Origin: Chrysomallon squamiferum
Taxonomy: Eukaryota; Animalia; Mollusca
DNA: 64,000 nucleotides
Assembly: GCA_012295275.1 (NCBI GenBank)
Contig: CM022672.1
Location: 15,500,001 to 15,564,000, forward strand
Direction: 5' to 3'
Below, piece after piece: positions 52,600 to 64,000 of the stretch; position 1 is the first letter of the stretch, and each line of letters starts with the position of its first letter. Position numbers and translations under genes: made by a program. The notes beneath the pieces are model-generated. The model did no database searches. It was not told where the DNA came from and saw only the letters and a program-made list of their open reading frames with translations.

Positions 52600-54266
52600 C
52601 TATTCAACATAGACAAAATAGTATATACTGATACATATAAATAATTATAAAGAAATATATTTTTAACCTAAGATGGAAGTATTAACTTGTAAAAATTCAA
52701 ATTTCATCACTTTTAAATAATTAAATATAAAATCTTTAAATATCCAAATATAACTATACAGTGGATTTCTTATCTATATGTATTTGTCTTCACTTTCAAG
52801 AAGTTTACTTATTTTAAAAGAAAACCATTTGACATCGAAATGACACTCGACAAAAAACAGTTTATAAAATTCTCTATTTGTGCCAATGTAAAAATTATTA
52901 ATAGTTATTTAAACTGTAAAATATTAATATTAAAAAAACTGAACATAATAAAATATTTTAAAATTTTAAAACAATAAACTGAAAAAACTCACTCAATATT
53001 ATCTCTTTATAATAATAAAAATAATAATAATAATAACGTTAATATTAATATTAATATTAAATAAATAAATAAATAAATATGAACAATATTAAACTAATAA
53101 AAATTATATCCTTACCCTAAACACCTTCGTACAAGTGACCTGTCCAAACTAAAAATGCTATGAACCACACCCAGATAAAGGCTTGTTGATAAATGGTCTG
53201 TTTAAATATCAGACATTCCACTTCCTAATAAACATTACCAAATGTACCACCATGACAAATAACATACTCATCTTTCAAACATGATACATATTCATTTGGT
53301 CTGGCAAAATTAACACGTAAACATATAATTATTTAATAGCTTTGTAATTAGTAATACAAATCTGTTAAAACAAAAGCCTCTCCAGATGCATAGAATTAAG
53401 AGAGCACTTACTTATTCATTTGTTCATTTATTTATTTATAATTTAAATGATGTTTGGCATCATAAGTTTGACCAACAACTGTGTGTAAACTTCTTTTTTT
53501 TCTCTTCTTTTTTTTAAAGTTGCTTTAAAGTAATACTGTAATCAGTAAAATTTGCATGGGTTTTAGCAGTTCTTAATAGTACCAACAGTTTTTGAACACA
53601 TATTAGTTAAAGTTACATCTTTTTACATCAGTGTCTTGAGCTGCTGTTGTTTTTGCAAGTGCAGAGCATCCTGGAACTATATCTAAAACTATACAGAATT
53701 AGAGTGAACTTGACATAATTTTCTCACTGTTGCTGAGTTTATATATATATGAAATTGTGTTCAGCTCATTGAATTTAAAGTTATGTAAAACAAACAATCT
53801 GATTAAGTCATAAAGTATGTAGTAACACACTGAGGAGAAAACACACTCTAGATATTTTTCTATATCGTTATATGACATGATATGTGTTAAGGATCATACA
53901 GATAAAAATATTTAGTGCTATTTTATAGCAGTGGATAAATGTTTCCACAGAGTGAAAGACACATAATAACAGTTCTGAGACACTGTTTGGAACAGGTAAT
54001 GTCCTGTTTTCATGCTGGACAGGATTGATCCTCTGACCTACCATACAAATGTATGTAAGTGTTATATAACAGCATGCAGTTCATCTTTCAGAACATGGTT
54101 GTTTTTTATAATTCTGATGTATTTAACACATGAACATATTATTATTTAATAGCTTATAATTAGTGATACCTAACATATGCAATATTAACTACTCCCAAGA
54201 TAATATCACTTTAACACTAAAAAGTATATTTATTTATTCACACTTTCTTTTTTTCATTTATTAAAA

Positions 54267-54301
<35 letters not shown>

Positions 54302-55020
54302 GTTTGTAGAAAACATCATCAATATGTTTAAAGTACTTAACAACCATTTAATCATAAATTACAGTAAGTTGAGTGCATTTTTCACTCTGGATACATCTCC
54401 ACTTTATGGCAGACCCTAAATTACTTATACTGATAATTTTAACAGTCTTTAAATATACTGCAATTTAAGAAAACTCTCATGGGTAATACTGATATAGTTA
54501 CAGTCACAAACAAATAAAACCCAAAATATTTTTGTCAAATCCTTTTTTCAGTCTAATGAAAAAAAAAAAAAAAAAAAAATGTAAATTCCAATTTCCATGC
54601 ATGTATAAAACAGAATAACATTATTAGGTAACATAACTGAGTTTAACCAATATGTTATTTTCATTTACTGGTCTAATAGACACATAACAGGATTTGTGAT
54701 TAGGTTTAGAAAAGTGCCAGATGAAGGTTTCACCCCAGTGTCAGAGATTATATTACAGTGACATTTCGACACCAGCCAGTCTGAAAACATCTGACACTGT
54801 TTTTAATTATCTGTTTCTGATAAAATGTTGATAAAGTAAATTAAATCCTGCCATTTTGTTTTTAATGATAATTAAAGCTACATTTAAATAAGGAGATTTT
54901 CTAGTATTTGAGAAAAAGGAAAATAGCAAAGAGTTCTGAAAAAAAAAAAAAAAAAAAGGATGATCCAGGATTCCAGGGAAAAAAATAAAAAGCGACATTA
55001 AAATATGAATACTTGACATA

Positions 55021-56057
55021 GGGTAAGGTGGGGTAATTCTGACCCAGGGGCATCTTTGGCCCCTAAGATATATTATAACTTACAGCCACTATACTGTTCT
55101 GTGCAGGCTTCTGGAACTTTGTTAGTATAAACAGAACCTTCCTATCTCTCATTAGAACAAAGGATGTAGGTAATCAGCCATTTACACATATAGTATAGGT
55201 AAACATATTATTAAGTTCAGCAGATGAAACTTGATTAATATGTGGTAATTAGGAAAGAAGTGTATGTTTTATTTCACTCCACCGCTTAGGGTAAATCTGG
55301 CCCACATATGTGGTGGTGAAATCAATAGATAGTTTTGGCATTGATATAGTCCATTACCAGTTTTATTTAAGTTTTTTTGAAACAGTTGAAAGTCCATGGT
55401 CCATCTGGTGTGACAAGTTGTCACTCATCAAATAAAATTAATAGGATGAGATATGCCTAGGGACTGACAGAAGAAGAAATTGTCAAGAGGTATGAAGAAG
55501 AGTTGGCAGAGAAGAAGAGGAAAGAGGAAAAAAGGCAGAGAGAGCAAAGGTGAGAGAGAGATGTAGTAGATACATAAGAAAAATGTGAACTCTGTGGCAG
55601 AGTTGATGATGGCATGAATTCCGATGAGTTCACAGGATGCGATGGGTGCCCAAATTGGTAGTTTTGATCCCTGTGCAAACCTTAAAATCCAAGCTGGTGC
55701 AGACTTGAAAGATATTGTATTCTTGTGTGATATTTGCCAAGGAGTATAGTTTATTGACGTTTTGAATCTGAATTATATTATGATTAGTACTAATTATTAT
55801 TAGTAGCAGACAATGATTACATAGCAATAATCAGTACAACAAATTTGAAGACCAAAATTACATCATGAATGTGGGGGCCAGATTTACCCCAAATCAACGT
55901 GGCAACAATTTTTAATCTAGATCCCATTTCAAAAGTATAAGCACTATGCATGTAGATATCCTGTACATTATTCACTCCATTTTTTTGTTTCCTTTTGTCT
56001 TTGAAGCTGTAGGTAAGGTTGAATGGAAAAGTGGGCCAGAATTACCCCACCTTACCC
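55021..56057 (+). mobile_element. Non-autonomous pogo-like (Tc1/mariner superfamily) element, 26-bp TIRs, TA target-site duplication
   Basis: Left gggtaaggtggggtaattctgaccca vs reverse complement of right end gggtaaggtggggtaattctggccca (1 mismatch); TA at 55019-55020 and 56058-56059; internal TIR-like subrepeats at ~55289 and ~55873. Confidence 0.9.
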
Positions 56058-57950
56058 TACTTATTAACAGAGGTTGTATGCTTCCTATTTAATCTCTTTA
56101 AAACACAACCAGTGTTTCTGAAATTTGGAACTGGCTAAGTCCTGTGAATTGAAATAAAAAACCAAGTAATCTGATTAGCCAAGTTATGATAACGTAGGCT
56201 AAATTGTGAAAATAGTTTCCAGTACACAAAACATGTCAAGTGGGTAATGTAAATCTAATGTGAAAAAAAAAAGGTATTTGAGAACTTAACTGGAAATAAA
56301 AGTCAAATATGTGTGAACTGGAAGGTCAGATGAATTGTGAATTTAACTGAAGAAGTAAATGTGTAAAAGTAATTAGAAAAGTCAACAATGAATTTAATGA
56401 TTTTATTATCTTAAAATGGAAAACAAAATCAAGTAACTGTGAACTAGATAGGAAAAAGGTAAATAAGTATATGGTCTTAAATGGTCTTAACTCTGTGAAT
56501 TTGATAAAAAGAAGTTCAATGATTTCTAATATCTAATATTTAAAATATATTTTAAATTTTATATTTTTTAATTTGTTTGTTTTATTAATATTATTATTAT
56601 TATTTGTTGTTGTTTTTGCTAAATATATAATTGAAAACAATTCCTCAACTGATACCAGTCAAAAGATATACATAAAAAATCCAAGTTCATTAAGATATGA
56701 AGAAGATAAATTTATTTTTACTCTAACCTTCAAAAAAAAAATAAAGCAATCAAATAATGCAAAATATACATTTTTGGAAATGGCGATGTTATATTTTGTT
56801 ATTTGTGCTTATTATACACATAACCAGAGTTGCAGCAGACATTATGGCATTTTGAGTTTCATAAAGAGGTACTTTTATAGGAAAATGATTGATTACAAAC
56901 AGATAAATACATGTATAAATGATTGGGCAGATACTGAAAGAGATAGGGTGGGGACTGAGAGATTATAATCTGCACAATATGACTATTTGTCTACTTTCTA
57001 TAACTATTATTAATCCAAAAATAATAAATACATATCCACACACTATCTAACAAGTTACATTTTTGTAGACATTATTACCTTTCAGATATAAATTTTTTTA
57101 TCAAATAAAGAAATTACACATTAAGAAATTAAATAAATATGCATGCACAAAAGCACAAAAGTAATTTTTATATTTAATTAAAAAATATATCTTCAGAGAA
57201 CTGCTAAAAACAAGGTTACGTATTTTAAATTAAAAACAAATCCTGACTGACAGTTGTAAAAATGATTTTAAACTTCAGTGAATAATGGATGATTATGTAA
57301 ATATATTTCTATTTAATGTTAAAACACAACAACTATATCAATGATAAAAAAAAACAATAAATACAAAAACCTTTCCAATTTCTTTCCAAGAACAAATCTT
57401 CGAAAGCTGCTTCACAAAATATATATCAAATCATTAATAATTTCAATATAAAAGTTTTCTGAAAAGAAAGTTTTAATTAATTAATGAAGATAGACAGCAT
57501 AGCTATACTTCATCTTAACAAGATTAGTCTTACATTATTAAAACATGGAACACAGAACATGAAATAATGTAACTCCTTATTCTTTTAAAAAAACAAATAC
57601 TGTGAGGCTGAATTCTCCTATTTTTGAGTATGTCAACTTACAAAATGTCTATCTAAATGTCCCTGATAACGAAACCAGTAAGACACTTGCCATGGTAACT
57701 ATCTTTTGATTTACATTATCTAAAGATCCAGATAACAATGCAAAGAGATGTGTATAAATAAACATCACTTGACCTAATCTTTACCCTCCATGTCAATTCA
57801 TAGTTCACACATGTAAAAGTTAATCTGTACTGCGTTTTGATTAATATTCAAATCAGTCCTAGGGATAGCCTTACAGAATGGTATAAAATGAGGATAAATG
57901 GGCAACATCTAGTATGTATAATTTCCTAATCCACTCTGAGATACATTAGT

Positions 57951-57981
<31 letters not shown>

Positions 57982-60900
57982 TATACTGCAGATTTTGTGT
58001 TACATCCTCAAAATATTTTTTATTGTACCATGAGTCTGTGCCTTAAAAAAATAGCCTCTTATAACATTCTAAAAATACATCTCACTTATAATTTTAAGAA
58101 AAAGAAACAGACTCTTATTAAATTCTAAAAATAAATCTCACTTGTAAAGTAGGTGAAGCCTGTTTGTTGAATATATATAATAATTCTTGAGAACTGTAAC
58201 TTTTGATATTCTTACAAGCTTTGTCAGAAAATTATATAGTATTATTATGATTTGCCTTATTATGTGATTTGATATTTCAAATATTAATATTAAAAACCTA
58301 GTTCAGTTTGAACGGTAAAAAGTATTTGCTAGAAATATAGAAGTAGTTTTTATCACATCAATTCTGGTACTGAAATAAAATACAAAAACTTATTAAGTAA
58401 TGATAATTTCACTTAATAATACACACTATATGAAAAGAGTAGCTTTAATTATGAGTCAAAATGTTATTCTACTTTTCTTTAGATTTCACCTGCATTCCTG
58501 TTCTCTTTGCCATATCCTAGAAACTCTTATTTTATATCCAAAAGAAATATTTCTTCTAGTCTTGTGACCTGAGTGTTGTTTTATGTTTCTTATGACCAGG
58601 TCCTCAATACCTCCAAATCTCACTTAATTACAGGTGGGCACATATTTCTTAACTGTCACTCATCTGAGATTAATCTGTCCAACTGAGCTTTGTTTTCTTG
58701 GCTGATAAAAAACTTATTTTTACGTCATGCAATAAAGCAGTGGTCAGATATGCCAATTATTTCATGCATTATTCAAACACAATTTATGTTCATGTTATCC
58801 TAAGAATTAAGACAGTTGTGAGAATTTTCTTTTATTATTGTTTGTCTATGTATATCAAATTATTTTAGAAATTAATAAATGTTCAAATCTAAAAAAAAAA
58901 AAAAAAAATTTAAAATTATTCCATGAATAATGCAAATACAATTACCACTCAGTTTATTTCAGAACCTGGGCAGTTATGAGAAATTTGTTGTATATCTTTG
59001 CATATCAAATTAGTAAATATTCACATTTGTTTAGGAAACAAATATGTATAATTATCTCCCAAAGCTGCACACTGTTCTATGCATAATGCAGACACAACTG
59101 GTATTCATATTTTCAGGATAATTATTAAAAAATTAATTATTTATTGTTTATATGAGTACCTCTAATTAGTTTTAAAATTAGTTATTCTTGTCATAAAATA
59201 CTAAACAGTATGTTCAACACAATTCCAGATCAGGCTTCAACAACATGTTAACACACCTTAACAAATCTACTCAGACTGAGTCCTCTTTTATTGATGAGTT
59301 TGAGTGGAGACAGGTGTTACAGAGAAATTGATCTAAGGTTTACAACAATGTGATGTTATCTCATACATGTCAACCATTAGCAGTAGCACTGTAATAGTTA
59401 ATAAATGACAAATTGGGTAAACAACTCCCCAGGCATATCTCCATCACACACACACACACACAAGCTCACTTACATGTACATATACATACATACATACACC
59501 TATACATATATATGTATTTATCTATGTATCTCTGTGTGTATGTAAGTTTTTCAGATATTTAACTTTTGTTAAATAATTCTTGTAGGGATGTATGCAATAA
59601 TGAAATATTCATTATTTACATTGTTTATTGGATAAATCTGCAGTTATAAAACATATTAAAATAAATAATGATAATTATAATAAATAAATAAATAAATAGT
59701 AATGGAATAATTAAATAATAATTTGAAATAATAATAATAATAATAATATTATAATGATTTGAAATGGTGAAAATAACAATAACAATCTAAGATTAATTTG
59801 ATATAATAACAACAACAGTGTAATAGAAAAGAAGAATCTGCTTGATAACCATGATGCACTCCTATAATCCTGTCTGTACACAGGAGAGAGGAGATTGGTT
59901 AAACATTAACCCAACATTGACAGTAGGATGAGAGCAGGAATGTGTAACATGGCTGCAGCACATCATGGAAGCCAGACTCAGACAACTGGAGCAAACTGAA
60001 CACAACAACATCCAGATCCAAGGTGACTGTTGTGTAATTACAAACACGATCAAGATGTACACTGCACAGGATGAAACCTTGGGAAAAGTCAGCTTGTTTG
60101 ACAAACAAAAACTAGTCTCACAAACAAATAACAAGCTTTTCTCAGATAAAACAGTTTAGAATTTTCTTAAGACCTTTTTTTCTTTCTTTTTTAACTTTCA
60201 TCTCCATTAGAAAATGCTGTATTTTCTCAGTCCCCCTGGAGATAAAATAATTACTTTAATTATTATTGATCCAAATGTTTCCTTATACCCAACCTGTACA
60301 TGTAATAAACTTTTTTTCAGACAAAATGGTTTAGAATCTTCTTAAGAATTTTCTTCTTTTTTTTTATGTTGTAATTTTGTCTCAAACAGTGATGGTATAT
60401 TTTTCCTCCAATTTATGAGAAAAAAAAAACGTATATAAATATAATTATCAGTGCTTCCTGGTGTTATCTTATACCCATACATGTACATGTAATCTACACA
60501 TGCTTGATAAAATAGGAAATATTTACTTTTTTTCCTACTTGATGAAGTGTCTGCATATTTCAGTTCCTTCTGAAAAAGCACGAATCACTGATATTTTAAG
60601 TATAGTGTGCTGTTCAAATAAATACACATTTAAATGATCACATCCAGAAATTGGAATCTTTGCAAGGGGCAGATGCAGTTTTTCAGGAAAGGGGACAGTA
60701 TCTCATAGTGGTGCATTAACTTTAAAAAGAAAGTGATTTTCATTATATAGAAGATAAAATCAACAGTTGGCATAAAAATGGATACATTTTGGTGAAAATT
60801 TTGGTGAAACAATGATACATTTATTTTAAATTCAATTTTTAAAATAATATACATTTCACACACTGATGCTTATACCTATGCAAAATTCACAAATTCACAA

Positions 60901-62365
60901 CCATATATTTGCAATATATGTATTTACATAGCTTTTCAGTGTTTTCATAAAATATAAATTGGTATTAAGAAAGAGATAAGAGACAAAGGAAACCCACTTT
61001 CTTTTCTGATTAGCAGCAAGTGATATTCAATTTATACTTCCTTAAAGACAGTAAATCACCAGAATAAATCAACTATGAAAACAAATAAAAAGTTGCAACT
61101 GAGGAGAATTGATCAGATATCCCATCAAGCATCAAATATAAGATTACGTTAACTGATCAAATAAAAAAATAAAATAAAATAAATACTAATAATGGGAAAA
61201 GTATCACGACAAATGATTTGTTGTTTCTTTCTTTCACATCCATTATAAAACAGACAGTGTGGCCAACAGATCAAGTTTACAGAGCAAGGTAAAAGAAAAA
61301 CATCACACCTGTGTGCACATCAGTATCCTACAACAAGCCTCCAGTGTTCCGATAATCAGAAGACAGTGCTGCAATTCAGAAGCTTTTTTCTAGCTAAACA
61401 AGAGGAATTGTACTGAAGTTGTCATCCGATCAGAAATAACACAAACACTGCTGTGTAACAAAAGAACTAACAGCTCAGATCAAAGAGTGGCAGTATCTCC
61501 TGTCATACTTGTCAGCAGGCTGTGATACGTCAAAGTAATTGACTTATTAAATACACAGTTTTTACAAAAAGAAGTAAATCATTTATAAATTACTTCTTTT
61601 TCTTCTTTTTTTTTATGAAAAGTAGTAAATCATTTATATACTTTGTAATGTACTGTTTATATTATTTATATATTATATATTATATATAAAAGAAGTTAAT
61701 AATTTACAAAATTGCCATTACAAGATATTCAATGTATTGGTTGTCAAAATAATTAACTCATTTTTATTTATACCATTACGTTATTTATGAAAAGAAGTAA
61801 ATCATTTACATAACAGTCACTGCCAGATTCCCAGTTCTCAGTTTGAAAATAATTAACTTGTTTATATTCTTACCAATATATTATTTATTAAAAAGAATTA
61901 AATATTTTAATAAATTAGATCATCATCAGACACCAATAATCATCATGTATGATGGCAAACGAATAAAATAATTTACCAGTACTTGATACCCAATATGTCA
62001 AAGAATGGATTCATTTTTTAAGTTATCAGTTACACACTTCAAGGCTAAAATAATTTTCTTTCTTCTTTTTCTACTTTCTTTACTTTTATTGTAACGGTTA
62101 CTGTTGTTTTGTTTTGTTTTTCTTATATAATTATTATTATTATTATTTAAATCCTTGAATCATCTTTAAATATTCATTCATTTAGATATATAAAAAAACA
62201 AGTTAGAAGGGAAAAATGAAAATTCAGGAAACAGCATAATTTTATCAGAATCGTTAGTAACTTTGTAACTATTATACACTCATTGATTATATGACAGTTC
62301 ACAAATAATTTATTAATGAATATATATATTTACATATAATAATATATGCATATATATGTACATAC

Positions 62366-62370
<5 letters not shown>

Positions 62371-62441
<71 letters not shown>
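62371..62441. repeat. (TA)n microsatellite
   Basis: Direct reading. Confidence 0.95.
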
Positions 62442-62447
<6 letters not shown>

Positions 62448-63869
62448 TATATATTTATAATAAAATTTATACTATAACCACAAATTTCTCATGTAATAAT
62501 GAGAATAATTAAAAAATATACTTACATAAATTAATTGAAAAAGTAATTAAATGATTACACTGTTACTAAACACTGACTCTAGAAATAAAAATACAGAAAT
62601 AACATCCATGGATCAGTGTTCCACAGCAAATAGTTTTCCAATTAAACTCACCGTATGAACTATTTATGAAATTAGCTATTTCCCTGCAGTATTCTGCTAA
62701 CAGTATCCACAATGAATCAGCAGTTTATAAAATAATAAACTTATACTAATAAATGTGAACTTTTTTCTAGAACACGTACGTTATGCTTTTACTACAATTA
62801 TCTGTATAAACATTTAGATAGTCTGAGACACTTCAGAGTACATTTCATTTTCATGTGAAATAAGTTAAATTACTGCTATGAATTTTTAACTGTATTAATA
62901 TCAAATTTAATAATATAATTCTTTGTTTTTTAATGATGGGTAAAGTTATAATGTTAAAATAATGTTCAAAAACTGACATATATACTTCCTGGTTTTTTAG
63001 CTAAACATTTATTTTGAATTTTAAGTTTCTTCTTTTCATTTAATGTTTTATTCTTAATAATAGCAGTAATTTTTAAATTATTTTTATTGAAAGTTTTATA
63101 TAGATGTATATATACCCACACAGACAGATATTTTATTATTATTATTTTATAGGTATATATACATTTTTTTGATATACATTTAAAAGAATAAATGATAAAA
63201 TATCTAGACAGTAATTATTTGAAATAATCAGTTAAAAAAAAGCAGCCATTACAGCTAGACTATAACAATTAGGTCACACAATGTCACAAACTGTAAATAT
63301 GAAAAAATACATTTCATAAATTCATTGCAATACAGTTATTGTCTGAATAATAATTATCTGACGAAAGATTCCATAAAATCAGACTGTGACATTTGAAAAT
63401 AAATAACAATTTTTTAAGTACAACATAAATTTCTCTTTTTCTAATTTTATATATATACACACACACACATATAAATTATTATTATTATTATTATTTTAAA
63501 TTAAACATATAAATTTACTTTGGATAAAAAATTATTGTTTTGTAATATAAAATATATAATAATATCACATAAAAATATACTTAATTTGTTTCAATATTAT
63601 TATCTAAAAAATGAAAGAAATAGCACCCCAGGCAAAGTTAAAAATGAAAAATTATTATTATTATTATTATTATTATTATTGATTTTTATAAATTATACAA
63701 AATTTAATTAATTGCAAAATTTATAATAAAAAACATAATATCAAAACTAAAATTTATGAAAATATATGGCACATAAAAATATATTTAATCTTGTTAAAAA
63801 AGAAAAAACTGAAAGAAAAAAGTGTACAAGAAGAACATATTTGTATTTTCATTACTATTATTATTAACC

Positions 63870-64000
63870 CTGCATTACGTAAACTGATTCTTGCTTTTAT
63901 CAATTAAAATCACGCCGCGATAAACGAATGCTGCAGTTCTTAGTAAACTGAAATTCGGTCAGCTGACGCGTTTTTGTTGGTAACAGAAACTTGTCAGCTT
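63870..64000 (-). promoter_or_regulatory. Edge of a CpG-retaining region, possibly near the MGAT2 promoter or first exon
   Basis: Dense CpGs (cacgccgcgataaacg, ttcggtcagctgacgcg) after tens of kb of CpG-depleted sequence. Confidence 0.35.

Noticed and set aside
54713-54800. Small inverted repeat agtgccagatg...catctgacact as a possible miRNA or ncRNA hairpin
   Set aside because: Only ~11-bp arms with a long loop; more likely a tiny transposon relic.

Overview
Very AT-rich, microsatellite-laden eukaryotic genomic DNA from an invertebrate, probably a mollusc or other lophotrochozoan. It holds two convergent intron-containing genes. On the + strand is the 3' part of the OTU deubiquitinase TRABID/ZRANB1 (7 coding exons, 11-5336). 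On the - strand is a complete MGAT2/GnT-II glycosyltransferase (8 coding exons, 40150-22616, ~464 aa) with what looks like a long upstream 5'-UTR intron. Non-coding DNA contains a Tigger/pogo fragment, a TA-flanked pogo-like element with a PHD-finger relic, decayed SINE-like pieces, minisatellites and a nested kb-scale duplication. The most unusual observation is that in BOTH genes a 59-61 bp unit straddling a 3' splice site (intron end + AG + first ~20 nt of the exon) is tandemly amplified upstream of the real exon. This creates ladders of identical decoy acceptors that all lead to a premature stop. The last ZRANB1 exon also shows an apparent 1-nt frameshift. All exon boundaries and translations were worked out by hand; family assignments rest on recalled homolog sequences, not database searches.
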